Positions 44,982 through 55,336 of a DNA stretch of 64,000 nt are shown piece after piece (position 1 is the stretch's first letter; each line of letters opens with the position of its first letter). The stretch is from the NCBI GenBank assembly GCA_963771175.1, contig CAVYSY010000032.1, positions 320,001-384,000 on the forward strand. Direction: 5' to 3'. The notes under the pieces are model-generated. The model was given only the letters and a program-made list of their open reading frames with translations. It was not told where the DNA came from and did no database searches. The position numbers and the translations under genes are program-made. This DNA is from an uncultured delta proteobacterium (GTDB lineage: Bacteria > Myxococcota > Myxococcia > Myxococcales > Myxococcaceae).

Positions 44982-45722
44982 CTACTTCCACTGGAACGAG
45001 CTCGAGACCTCCTCGATGGACTCGGGCGCCAGGGCCGCGAGCAACTCCCCCGGCTCCGCCCCGGCGGCATGAACCTGCACGGTCCCGAGGAGCTGCTTTC
45101 CCGGGTAGCGCACCCACATCACCGACAGCTTCAGCCCGCCTTCGGGCCCGGGGCGAATCTCACCCACCAGCCTGTAGCCCTGAATCTTATGCTTGCGCAG
45201 CACCCCCTTGGCCGCCGCCTCGCTCTCCTTCTCCGGAGCCAGCCACGCCCCCTTCTGGGCCAGCTTCCGCCGCATCCGGGCCTCGGTGGACTTCACCAGT
45301 TCCGGAGACACCGTCCCCGTCGTGTCCTTCACCCCTTCGAGCCTCACATACACGCGGGGGGGCCGTGCCTTCAGCGCCCGCAGCCGCTCAAGCGCCGACC
45401 CAAGGGCCGCCTGCGCCGCCGCGTCCGTCTCCTCCTTCAGGGCCTCCAGGCACTCCAGCCCGGCCACCTCCCCCAGCTTCCCCAGCGCCTCGGCCGCCGC
45501 CGCCCGGACCTCCCCGCCCGGGTCCTTCAGCCCCTCGCACAGGGGCCCGAGCGCCTCCGGGTCCTCCGATTCCCCCAGGACGCGGGCCGCCTGGAGGCGG
45601 TGCTCGGGGGCGGCACCCTGCCGCAGCGTCCTCCCGAGGGAGACGGTCTGCGGGTCTGTCTGGGCCAGGACGCCTGCAGGGAGGGCAAGCAGGAGGAGGA
45701 CAAGGTGGGATGGGGAGCGCAT
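44982..45722 (-). CDS. Exported HEAT-repeat protein (paralog 2)
   Basis: Signal peptide; LCEGLKDPGGEVRAAAAEALGKL; homologous end to end to paralog 1. Confidence 0.85.
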   Translation of the reverse strand: MRSPSHLVLLLLALPAGVLAQTDPQTVSLGRTLRQGAAPEHRLQAARVLGESEDPEALGPLCEGLKDPGGEVRAAAAEALGKLGEVAGLECLEALKEETDAAAQAALGSALERLRALKARPPRVYVRLEGVKDTTGTVSPELVKSTEARMRRKLAQKGAWLAPEKESEAAAKGVLRKHKIQGYRLVGEIRPGPEGGLKLSVMWVRYPGKQLLGTVQVHAAGAEPGELLAALAPESIEEVSSSFQWK

Positions 45723-45794
45723 GTCAGGCGGTCGATCCTAGCCCGGTCCACAAGAAACGCAGCGCACCCACCACTTGTGGCATATACCCTCACC

Positions 45795-48497
45795 ATGTCC
45801 TCTGTCCTGTCCGCCTCCCAGATTCGCGAGGCGTTCCTCAAGTTCTTCGAGGAGCGCGGCCACCGCCGTGTGGCGTCGTCGTCCCTCGTCCCCCAGAACG
45901 ACCCCACCCTGCTGTTCACCAACGCAGGCATGGTCCAGTTCAAGGACGTCTTCACCGGCCGCGAGAAGCGCGACTACTCGCGCGCCACCACCTCGCAGAA
46001 GTGCGTGCGCGCCGGTGGCAAGCACAACGACCTCGACAACGTGGGCTACACCGCGCGCCACCACACGTTCTTCGAGATGCTCGGCAACTTCTCCTTCGGC
46101 GACTACTTCAAGGCCGACGCCATCGCGTACGGCTGGGAGTTCGTGACGAAGACGCTCGGGCTCGACACGAAGCGGCTCGCCGTCACCGTGTTCAACGGCG
46201 AGGGCGGCATCCCCTGGGACGAGGAGGCCTTCGAGCTGTGGGCGAAGCAGGGCGTGCCCCGCGAGAGCATCTACAAGCTCGGCCTCAAGGACAACTTCTG
46301 GGCCATGGGCGACACCGGCCCGTGCGGCCCGTGCTCCGAAATCCACTACCACCAGGGCGACGACATCCCCTGCGCCGAGGTGGCCGCGGGCCAGCCCTGC
46401 AAGGGCGTGGCGTGCGACTGCGACCGGTGGCTGGAAATCTGGAACCTCGTGTTCATGCAGTTCGAGCGCAAGGAGAAGGACGCGCCGCTCATCCCCCTGC
46501 CCAAGCCGTCCATCGACACGGGCGCGGGCCTGGAGCGCATCGCCTCCGTCGTGCAGGGCAAGCGCTCCAATTACGACACGGACCTGTTCCAGAACATCCT
46601 CGCCAAGGTGAGCGAGCTGGTGGGCAAGCCCTACACCCAGGAGGGCGGGGCCTCCATGCGCGTCGTGGCGGACCACAGCCGCGCGGCCGCGTTCCTCATC
46701 TCCGACGGCGTGCAGCCCTCCAACGAGGGGCGCGGCTACGTCCTGCGCCGCATCATGCGCCGCGCCATCCGCCACGGCTCGCTGCTGGGGTTGGACGAGG
46801 TCTTCTTCTCCAAGGTCGTGGACCGCGTCATCGAGCTCATGGGCGACGCCTACCCCGAGCTGCGCGAGAGCCGCACCTTCGCGCTCGAGGTCTGCAAGCA
46901 CGAGGAGGAGAGCTTCCGCCGCACGCTCAACCGCGGCCTGAAGCTCATCGACGAGGAAGTGGCCCGGATGAAGCAGTCCGGGGAGAAGGTCCTCTCCGGC
47001 GAGAAGGTCTGGGAGCTCCACGGCACCTACGGCTTCCCGTGGGATCTCACGGAGATCATCCTCAAGGAGCGCGGCTTCGAGGCCGACATCAAGGGCTACG
47101 AGAAGCTCAAGAAGGAGGAGGCCGAGAAGGGCACGGACGAGGGCGGCGTCACCAAGGACAAGGCCATCGCCACCGTCCACCTCAAGCTCCTGGAGCGGCT
47201 GGGCCCCACCCAGTTCCTCGGCTACGACGGCGAGGGTCACGAGGGCGAGGGCTCCGTGCGCGCCATCATCAACAAGGGTGGCGTCGAGCTGACCGAGGCC
47301 ACCGCGGGTGACGAGGTGGAGCTGGTGCTCGACCGCACGCCCTTCTACGGCGAGTCCGGCGGCCAGCAGGGCGACACGGGCCGCATCGTGGGCCACGGCG
47401 GCAAGTCGGTGGCGCAGGTGGAGGACGCGCAGCGCCCGGTGTCGGGCCTCATCGTCCACAAGGTGAAGGTGACCCAGGGCACCTTCAAGGTGGGCGACAT
47501 GGTGCAGGCCGGCGTGGACGGCCAGCGCCGCTCGTCCATCCGCGCCAACCACTCGGCCACGCACCTGCTGCACAAGGCGCTCAAGATGGAGCTGGGCGAG
47601 CACGTCAAGCAGGCCGGCTCCGTGGTGGCGCCGGACTACCTGCGCTTCGACTTCTCGCACTTCGCGCCCATGACGCACGAGCAGCTCGACCAGGTGGAGG
47701 ACATCGTCAACACCTGGGTGCGCGAGAACACCGAGGCGCAGACGCGCGTCATGAACCTGGACGACGCGAAGAAGTCCGGCGCCGTCGCCATGTTCGGCGA
47801 GAAGTACGGCGAGACGGTGCGCGTCGTCACCGTGCACCCCCAGTCCACCGAGCTGTGCGGCGGCACCCACGTGCGACGCAGCGGTGACATCGGGCTCTTC
47901 AAAGTCGTCAGCGAGGCCGGCGTGGCCTCGGGCGTGCGGCGCATCACCGCCGTCACCGGCGTGGGCGCGCTCCAGTACGTGCGCGACACCGAGCGCGAGC
48001 TGAAGAAGGCCGCCGAGCTGCTGAAGACCTCTCCCAAGGATCTGGTCAAGCGCGTCGAGGCCACGCAGAAGCGCGTGAAGGAGCTGGAGCGCAAGGTCGA
48101 GGAGGTGGCCGTCAAGGCGCAGGCCGGCTCCAGCAAGGACCTGATGGAGCAGGCGCGCGACATCAACGGCATGAAGGTGCTCGCCACGCGGATGGACCCG
48201 GCGGACCCCAACGTGTTCCGCGGGCTGGCGGACCAGCTGCGCGACCGCATCAAGTCCGGCGTCATCGCCATCGGCGGCGAGAAGGACGGCAAGGTGGTCC
48301 TGCTCGTGGCGGCCACCAAGGACGTGGTGGCCAAGGGCATCCACGCCGGCAACCTGCTGCGCGACATGGCCAAGGAGGTCAACGGCCGTGGCGGTGGCAA
48401 GCCGGACCTGGCCCAGGGCGGCGGCGAGGACCCCTCGCGCATCCCCGCGGCCTTCGACAAGCTGTACGAGCTGGTGAAGGGGACCACCCTCGCATGA
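45795..48497 (+). CDS. alaS: Alanine--tRNA ligase
   Basis: DPTLLFTNAGM, HHTFFEMLGNFSFGDYFK, IDTGAGLER, editing motifs NHSATH and ELCGGTH, GGGKPDLAQGGG. Confidence 0.98.
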   Translation: MSSVLSASQIREAFLKFFEERGHRRVASSSLVPQNDPTLLFTNAGMVQFKDVFTGREKRDYSRATTSQKCVRAGGKHNDLDNVGYTARHHTFFEMLGNFSFGDYFKADAIAYGWEFVTKTLGLDTKRLAVTVFNGEGGIPWDEEAFELWAKQGVPRESIYKLGLKDNFWAMGDTGPCGPCSEIHYHQGDDIPCAEVAAGQPCKGVACDCDRWLEIWNLVFMQFERKEKDAPLIPLPKPSIDTGAGLERIASVVQGKRSNYDTDLFQNILAKVSELVGKPYTQEGGASMRVVADHSRAAAFLISDGVQPSNEGRGYVLRRIMRRAIRHGSLLGLDEVFFSKVVDRVIELMGDAYPELRESRTFALEVCKHEEESFRRTLNRGLKLIDEEVARMKQSGEKVLSGEKVWELHGTYGFPWDLTEIILKERGFEADIKGYEKLKKEEAEKGTDEGGVTKDKAIATVHLKLLERLGPTQFLGYDGEGHEGEGSVRAIINKGGVELTEATAGDEVELVLDRTPFYGESGGQQGDTGRIVGHGGKSVAQVEDAQRPVSGLIVHKVKVTQGTFKVGDMVQAGVDGQRRSSIRANHSATHLLHKALKMELGEHVKQAGSVVAPDYLRFDFSHFAPMTHEQLDQVEDIVNTWVRENTEAQTRVMNLDDAKKSGAVAMFGEKYGETVRVVTVHPQSTELCGGTHVRRSGDIGLFKVVSEAGVASGVRRITAVTGVGALQYVRDTERELKKAAELLKTSPKDLVKRVEATQKRVKELERKVEEVAVKAQAGSSKDLMEQARDINGMKVLATRMDPADPNVFRGLADQLRDRIKSGVIAIGGEKDGKVVLLVAATKDVVAKGIHAGNLLRDMAKEVNGRGGGKPDLAQGGGEDPSRIPAAFDKLYELVKGTTLA

Positions 48498-49134
48498 GCC
48501 CGTACGCCCGTGGCCTCGCGGCGCTTCTCTGCTCGGCGGCCCTCCTCGGGGGCTGCAAGAAGGAGGAGCCCGCGCCCGACGAGGACCGCACCCTGGCGAA
48601 GCTGCGCCAGGAGGTGGATCGCGTGAACCAGGGGGGGCGACCTCCGGCCCTCCCGAGGCCGCCGAGTCCACCGACCCCAACGCGCGCCTCGCCGGGCTGG
48701 CCGCGGGCCATGAAGAGGACCGGGCGAAGCAGCTCACCCCGCCCGGCTCCAATGACACCGTGCACGTGGACTCGTTCGCCGTGAAGCTCACCAACCTGGA
48801 GTCGCTGCACTCGCTGCGCGGCACCGGCAAGGTGAGCCTCACCACCGACGAGCTCTTCGTCCGCGCGGAGCTCATCGTCCAGAACGTCGGCGCACAGTCC
48901 GAGCATCTCGCGCTCTCGGAGGCGAAACTGGTGGACGCCGAAGGCAAGGAGTACCCCATCGCTCGCGACGCCCAGACCCTCGCCGGCACGCGCAAGCTGG
49001 ACCGCACCTGGGAGAAGGGCCAGAGAGACTCGTACGTCCTCCTCTTCGAAGTGCCCCCGTCCGCTATCGCTCCCGAGCTGACCCTCGTGCTGCCCGCGAG
49101 CAGCAGCACGGCCACTCGCATCCCCCTGCAATGA
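48494..49134 (+). CDS. DUF4352-like lipoprotein (apparent missing G in the run at 48630-48637)
   Basis: LLGGC lipobox; C-terminal Ig-like segment (KLVDAEGKEY...LLFEVP) in ORF 48760-49134. Confidence 0.7.
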
Positions 49135-49160
49135 GCTCCTTCGGGCGGCGGTGACGGACA

Positions 49161-52138
49161 GTGACGGTCGAGCCCAAGCTCCTCCCGCTGCGCATCCGTC
49201 TTCCGTACGCCACGGAGGAGGAGTTCATCGAGAAGTACGGCGCCAACGTCGCGCGCGGGGGCCTCTTCATCGCCACGCGCTCGCCCAAGCCCGAGGGCAC
49301 GGGGCTCTCCTTCGAGTTGGTGCTGGTGGACGGCGGGCGCCTGCTGCGCGGCGAGGGCGTGGTGGTGAAGGCCCAGCCCGAGGGCCCTCGCGCCGGAATG
49401 ACCGTGCGCTTCGTGCGCCTCGATGCCTTCAGCAAGGCGCTCATCGACCGCATCGTGAGCCGCAGGAGCCAGCTCAAGGAGGGCACGGCTGAGCCTGGTG
49501 CCGCGCCCACGCCCGGGCCGGAGCAGACGCCGGCGGTACTCACCGAGGGAGCGACGACAGGCAAGCGCGGGCGCCCCGTCATCTCGGCGGAGGCGCTTCG
49601 CAAGCAGGTGGCGATGTCCGCATCCCAACCCACCGCTCCCGTCGCGCCGAAGCCGACAGCCCCCGCCCCTCCAGAGCAAGGCGTCCCGGTCGCACGCAAG
49701 CCGGCCGCCCCCGCTGCTCCGCCTCGGGCCGTTGCCGTCCCGCCCGCGCCCAACCCGGCCGCGCCAGCGCCAGTGGCTCCCGCCGCGCCCCAGCAGGCCG
49801 CCACCCGCGCGCAGCAGCCGGCGGCCAAGGCTCCAGCTCGGCCGTCGGCCCCGCCCGCCTCGAAACCGGCCGCGGCCCCTCCGCCAGCGCCGGCGAAGCC
49901 TCCCGTCACCGCCGAGCAGCAGGCTCCGGCCACACCACGGCCGCCCCTCGCGGCGCCACCGGAGAGAACCCCGGTCGTGCCTCCCGTGGCGCAGGCGGTC
50001 CCCACCGAGCCCTGGCAGGGAGCGCCCTCCGCGCCAGAACCCGCGAGCCCCCCCGCTCCGACGGAGCGCCCCGTCACGGTGGCACCCGAGCGCACCACGC
50101 CCGAGGTGCCCCCGCGCCCCACGACCCAGGACCTCATCGCCAACGCCGTCCTGGAGCATCTCGACCCCGGCGCACCGGAGTCCTCCCCGAGCGACTTCGG
50201 GGAGCCCGAGTCACTCGACCTCGTCGTCCCCGAGCCTCCCGCGCCCCCGGCACCAGCACGAACAGCGCCCGCTCCGACGGAGCCGCCCGCTCTCGTGACT
50301 CCGGAGCCCCCGCGCCCGCCCCGGTGGAGCAGCCCGTCACCGCGACGCCGCCACCATCCGCTCCCGTCACGGCGGAGCCCGCCCCCGCCCCGACCGCTCG
50401 TGAGGCACCTTCCCCCATCGAGCCTCGCGAGCGCCCCTCGGCACTCCCGGAGGTCGCCCGCGACGTTCCTCCCATCCCCGAGGAGCCCCGCCGCCCCTCC
50501 CCCGAGCTCAAGGGGCGCCGCCGCGCCATCCTCGACGTGCCCGTGACCCCTCCCGTGACGGCCACGCACCCCGAGGTGGTGCTCGGCATCGATCTCGGGA
50601 CCTCGCAGGCCCGCGTCGCCGTCCACCACCAGGGCACGCTCCGGCTCGTTCCCCTCGGTGAGGCCCAATCCCTCCCCTCGCTCGTGGCGGTGGACGAGAC
50701 GGGTCAGCTCCTCGTGGGCGCCGCCGCCAGGGCCGAGGCCGGGCGCAATCCGCGCCATGCCGCCCTCGGGCTCCGCCGCTTCCTCGGGCTGCGCGCCCGC
50801 TCGCCCCTGGTGCGCGCGTTCGGCGGGCCCCTGCCCTTCCCCATCGCCGCTGGCCCCCATGGCGACATCAGCGTCGAGCTGCGCGGTGGGGGCATCCTCC
50901 TCCCCGAGCTCGCGGCCCGGCTCCTGCGCGAGCTCAAGTCCGCCTCCAGCACCTTCCTCGGCCACGAGGCCACGCGGGCCGTCCTCTGCGTCCCCGCCCA
51001 CTTCGATGACCGCCAGCGCGCCGCCATGCGCGAGGCGGGCGCGCTCGCCGGGCTCAACGTCCTGCGCCTCCTCAGCGCCCCCTCGGCCGCGGCGCTCGCC
51101 TTCGGCCATGAGCGGGGGCTCGCCCGCAAGCGCATCCTCGTGGTGGAGATCGGCGGCGGCGGCCTCGATGTGTCCGTCGTGCAGCTCACCGGCGACGACC
51201 TCGAGGTCATCACCACCGGGGGCGACCCCACCGTGGGCGGCCTGGACTTCGACGCACGCGTCGCCGAGGCGCTCGCCAGTGAGCTCCAGGCCCAGGGTGT
51301 CCCGCGCCCCGAGCACCCGTTCGACTGGGCCCCGCTGCTCGCCGCCGCCGAGGCCGCCAAGGTGGCCCTCAGCGAGCAGGAGCAGGTCTCAGTCCCTCTG
51401 CCTGGTGGCCTGCCCGCGCTCACCCTCGACCGCGAGCGCCTGGAGGCCCTCACCGCGGACCTCGTGCAGCGCATCACCCTCGTGGTCCGCCAGGTGCTCG
51501 AGTCCAGCGCGCTCACGCCACAGGGGCTCGACGAGGTGCTCCTCCTCGGAGGCCAGGGCCGCTCGCCCCTGGTGCGCCGCCGGCTGGAGGAGAGCCTGGG
51601 CGTGCCCGTGCGCGCGGACGTGGAGTCCACCCACTCGGCGGCGCTCGGCGCGGCGCTGCTGGGCCGGGGCCTCCTCGACGCCGAGGCGGGCAAGCCCGGC
51701 GCCACCGTCTCCGAGGTGCTCTCCGTCCCCATCGGCGTGGCCGAGCGCGGGGGCACGCTGCGCCGCGTCTTCGAGCGCAACACCCGCCTCCCCGCGGAGA
51801 AGACGCTCGTGCTCCCCGTCACGCCGGGGCCGCTCTCGCTCGCCCTCTTCCAGGGGCCCTCGTCGGTGGCGGCGGAGAACGAGTATCTCGGCACGCTCGC
51901 GTTCTCCATCGAGCGCCCCGGCGAGGCCGAGGTCCACTTCAGCCTCTCGCAGGACGGGACGCTCTCGCTCGCCGCCACGCTGCCGGGCGTGAAGCGCCAC
52001 CCGGTCACCCTGGCCGCGGACATGCCCGAGGACGCGGAGCTGGAGGCCGTCATCGCCCGCTCGCCGCTGGAGGGCGAGCCCGAGACGCGTCCGGGCGGGC
52101 TCCTCTCCGGTCTGCGCAAGCTCTTCGGGCGCCGCTAG
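49161..52138 (+). CDS. PilZ-like (TIGR02266-type) domain, Pro/Ala linker and atypical Hsp70 (apparent missing C near 50307-50311)
   Basis: ANVARGGLFIAT...GMTVRF at the N-terminus; LGIDLGTS, VPAHFDDRQR, GGLDFD, FERNTRLP in ORF 50324-52138. Confidence 0.85.
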
Positions 52139-52263
52139 CGGGGAGCTTCGCATCGGGTTGCGTCGAGGGCGTGGGTGCCATCTACTTGCCCCGCCGAGAG
52201 GCGGGCTGCAGTCTCAGTCCCTCCCGTCCTACATCTCGCAGCCTCATCGGCATCGTGGTGGCC

Positions 52264-53397
52264 ATGATTGATGAAGCTCGACTGCCCCTGGTCCTGAAGC
52301 GATTCGCCTGCCTGGCGGGTGTCGCCGTTGCGCTCTGGGGATGCACCGCGGTGAGCGCCGCGCGCAAGGGTCAGAAGCAGAGCCCTCCCCAGCACCTGCG
52401 CGACACGGGGCTGTACCGCGACTTCGGCCAGTACGAGGTCGCCTCGCGCAACCTGGAGTACTCGCCTCAGTATCCGGTCTGGATGGATGGAGCCACCAGG
52501 CGGCGCTGGCTCTATCTGCCTTCGGGGAAGTCCATCGACGCCTCCCGCCCGGACGCCTGGGTGTTCCCGGTGGGAGCGAAGCTCTGGCAGGAGCTCTCCT
52601 TTGGCGGACGCCGGGTCGAGACGCGCTACCTGGAGCGGCAGCGGGACGGCACCTGGTCGTATGCCTCGTATGCGTGGAGCGAGGACCAGCGCGAGGCGGT
52701 GCTCGTCTCCGACAAGGGCCAGCGGGGCACGTTCGAGCTCGGCGCGGGCCTCTCGCACGACATCCCGAGCGTCTCCGATTGCAAGGTCTGCCACGAAGGG
52801 CAGCGCACGGAGGTGCTTGGCTTCAGCGCGCTCCAACTCTCCTCGGATCGGGACCCGGGGGCGCTCCACGCGGAGCCTCTACCCGCGCCCGGGGTGGAGC
52901 TCGGCTGGCTCGCGCGGCGCGGCCTGCTCAAGCGCCTCCCTCGAGCGCTGCTGAGCACGCCACCGCGGATCTCCGCCGCGACCCCCACGGAGCGCGCGGC
53001 CCTGGGCTACCTCCATGGCAACTGCGGCCATTGTCATAACGATGACGGCCCGCTGTCCGGGTTGGGGTTGTCACTCCGGCACTCCCTGGGCGATGACCCC
53101 CAGGCTCCCGAGCGCGCCCTCCAGAGCGCGTGGGGGCAGCGGACCCGCACCAGGGCGCCAGGATTGACGCAGGACGCCGTGCTGCGGATAGCCCCAGGAC
53201 ACCCTGAGACGAGTGTGATTGCTCAACGGATGGCATCTCGACACCCGGGACTCCAGATGCCCCCCTTGGGAACCGTCGTCGTGGACGAGGCCTCACGTGC
53301 CTTGATATCCCGTTGGATCGCGGAGGGGCCCTCGTCCGCAACGATGCACGAGCCCTCCGGCGGTTCTCCTGGCGCAACCTCGAAGGAGGGGCAATGA
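52264..53397 (+). CDS. Diheme c-type cytochrome lipoprotein (SO2930-like)
   Basis: Lipobox ALWGC; YPVWMDGATRRRW, WVFPVG, VETR; CKVCH and CGHCH; QMPPLG. Confidence 0.8.
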   Translation: MIDEARLPLVLKRFACLAGVAVALWGCTAVSAARKGQKQSPPQHLRDTGLYRDFGQYEVASRNLEYSPQYPVWMDGATRRRWLYLPSGKSIDASRPDAWVFPVGAKLWQELSFGGRRVETRYLERQRDGTWSYASYAWSEDQREAVLVSDKGQRGTFELGAGLSHDIPSVSDCKVCHEGQRTEVLGFSALQLSSDRDPGALHAEPLPAPGVELGWLARRGLLKRLPRALLSTPPRISAATPTERAALGYLHGNCGHCHNDDGPLSGLGLSLRHSLGDDPQAPERALQSAWGQRTRTRAPGLTQDAVLRIAPGHPETSVIAQRMASRHPGLQMPPLGTVVVDEASRALISRWIAEGPSSATMHEPSGGSPGATSKEGQ

Positions 53398-54071
53398 AGT
53401 CAAGTCGTCTGCTGATGCTGATGGCCGTGGTCGCCGTGAACGTCCCCGTCGTCGCCATGGCGCAGGGCACTCCGAAGGCTGCCAAGCCGACCAAGCCGGC
53501 CAAGCCGAGCAAGGCCGTCGCGCGTGGCGAGTATCTGGTGCGCATCACCGGCTGCAATGACTGCCATACCCCGTTCGCGATGGGGCCTCAGGGTCCGGCG
53601 CCGGATATGTCGCGGATGCTCTCGGGTCATCCCGAGACGATGAAGCTGCCGCCGCCGCCGGCGGCGCAGGGCCCGTGGATCGCGGCCTCGTCCGCCACCA
53701 ACACGGCCTGGGCGGGTCCCTGGGGCGTGAGCTACGCGATCAACCTCACGCCGGACGAGACGGGCATGGGGACCTGGACGGAGAAGATGTTCATCGATGC
53801 GATGCGGACCGGCAAGCACATGGGCCGGGGCCGGCCCATCCTCCCGCCGATGCCCTGGGGGAACGTGGCGGCGATGACGGATGAGGACCTCAAGTCCGTC
53901 TACGCCTACCTGAAGAGCATCCCCGCCATCAAGAACGCGACCCCCGAGCCGACGCCGCCCGCGGGTGGAGTGCCTCCGGGTGGTGCCGTGGGCCCGACGG
54001 GCCCCAGTGGGCCGCCGGCGGGCAAGGCCGCCACCGGTGGGCAGCAGCAGGCGCCCGGTCAGAACAAGTAG
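53394..54071 (+). CDS. Periplasmic monoheme cytochrome c
   Basis: Signal peptide; RGEYLV..GCNDCHTP, NLTPD.TGMGTW, PPMPW (axial Met), DLKSVYAYL; ATGA overlap with the upstream gene. Confidence 0.85.
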   Translation: MKSSRLLMLMAVVAVNVPVVAMAQGTPKAAKPTKPAKPSKAVARGEYLVRITGCNDCHTPFAMGPQGPAPDMSRMLSGHPETMKLPPPPAAQGPWIAASSATNTAWAGPWGVSYAINLTPDETGMGTWTEKMFIDAMRTGKHMGRGRPILPPMPWGNVAAMTDEDLKSVYAYLKSIPAIKNATPEPTPPAGGVPPGGAVGPTGPSGPPAGKAATGGQQQAPGQNK

Positions 54072-54087
54072 TCCCAACCCGAGCACC

Positions 54088-54183
54088 GCTCGGGGCATGA
54101 AGAAGTCCAGGTCACCCTGGGCTCATGCCCCGAGCACTCCATGCCCCGACACGCTCCCCGAAATGGGGAACGTCTCGGGGCAT
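54088..54183. repeat. Two adjacent hairpins built on an ATGCCCCGA motif between convergent genes (bidirectional terminator or REP-like element)
   Basis: GCTCGGGGCATGA(54088)...TCATGCCCCGAGC(54135) and ATGCCCCGA(54141)...TCGGGGCAT(54183). Confidence 0.7.
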
Positions 54184-54187
54184 TCGA

Positions 54188-54961
54188 CTACTGGATGCTC
54201 TTGAAGTCGCTGAGGACGAAGTCGTACGCGTTCTCGTCCGCGTCGTACGTGGCCTTGAAGCTGGTGGGGTGCAGCGTCGCGCGACCAAAGCTCTTGGGCT
54301 GCGGCACCGGCAGGGTGAAGCTCTCCTTCTTCTCCATCTGGGCCTTGGTGATCATCGGCTCGATGAAGGTGAGCTTCCCGTTGTAGAAGCCGGAGAGCAT
54401 CACCTTGTCGAACAGGCCCTCCTTGAAGACGCCGGGGGAAGTGAACTCCGAGGCGGGCAGGGCGTGGTAGCCCATGTTCGGGATGCAGAACGGCTTGGGG
54501 TCCGTGTCCGGAGGAACGGCCGGGAACCAGCCATCGGGCACGATGGCCGGGTCGGCCTGCGTGCCGTTGGTGCAGTCCACGGCGGCCACCGTGGCCTTGT
54601 CCACCATGTAGAAGTGGAAGTCGAAGTGCGGCGCCATGTAGCGCGCCGGCTCGTGCCCACCCGGCATCCAGTCGAACTCGAAGTGGTTGATGGACGTCGT
54701 CTCGCTGACCTGCTTCGGGAAGTCGGCGGTGAAGATGACCGGGTGGTCATGCGTGCTACCCGAGGAGCCCGCGTTCTGGATGGAGGCGAACGGAATGGTG
54801 AAGCCCACCTCCGCGACCGCGCCCTTGTCGTCGAGCTTCGCCCAGGTGGTCACCTTGGCACCGTTGAAGTCAACCGCCTGCCCCTCGAGCTTGTCGTCAC
54901 CACAGCCGACGAGAGCGGTTGCCAGGAGAGTGCCGAGCACTGCGGTCTGCATCTTGTTCAT
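54188..54961 (-). CDS. His-rich lipoprotein, DUF5602-like
   Basis: ALVGC lipobox; DWMPGGHEP..Y..PHFDFHFY, PNMGYH, FIEPMIT. Confidence 0.75.
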   Translation of the reverse strand: MNKMQTAVLGTLLATALVGCGDDKLEGQAVDFNGAKVTTWAKLDDKGAVAEVGFTIPFASIQNAGSSGSTHDHPVIFTADFPKQVSETTSINHFEFDWMPGGHEPARYMAPHFDFHFYMVDKATVAAVDCTNGTQADPAIVPDGWFPAVPPDTDPKPFCIPNMGYHALPASEFTSPGVFKEGLFDKVMLSGFYNGKLTFIEPMITKAQMEKKESFTLPVPQPKSFGRATLHPTSFKATYDADENAYDFVLSDFKSIQ

Positions 54962-55261
54962 CACGATTATCTGCCTCCAGAGTTGTGCCTCCATCGCGGC
55001 GCTCCCAATTCCTTGCATGCAAACTCGGGAGTCCGTGACGGCGCTTGAAAAGTCGCGAACTGTACACTCTGGAGGAGAGACTGCAACTCACGGGGCTTAC
55101 GGCGATTTCTCACTTCCGCTGCCTCATGCGCATCGAGGACGCAGACCCGGTGAACTTTTCTGCCATGGCTGAAGCCCCATGAGTGACGTTACGGGATGTT
55201 GGCAGCCTGGGCTTGCACCCACTCGGCCAGTGCTCTGGCCTGTGGCTCGTCTCATGCGCGG

Positions 55262-55300
55262 AAACGAAGACGCCCGGGAACCATGGGGCTCCCGGGCGTC
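55262..55300 (-). terminator. Rho-independent terminator of the M4 protease gene
   Basis: Minus strand GACGCCCGGGA-N10-TCCCGGGCGTC followed by TTCGTTT. Confidence 0.75.
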
Positions 55301-55336
55301 AGGACTTCTAGGCTTCAGCGCTGCTTCGGTGGAGGG

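Noticed and set aside
44943..45794. 284-aa N-terminal extension of AlaS
   Set aside because: It is the antisense of the HEAT-repeat gene. AlaS homology begins at the ATG at 45795.
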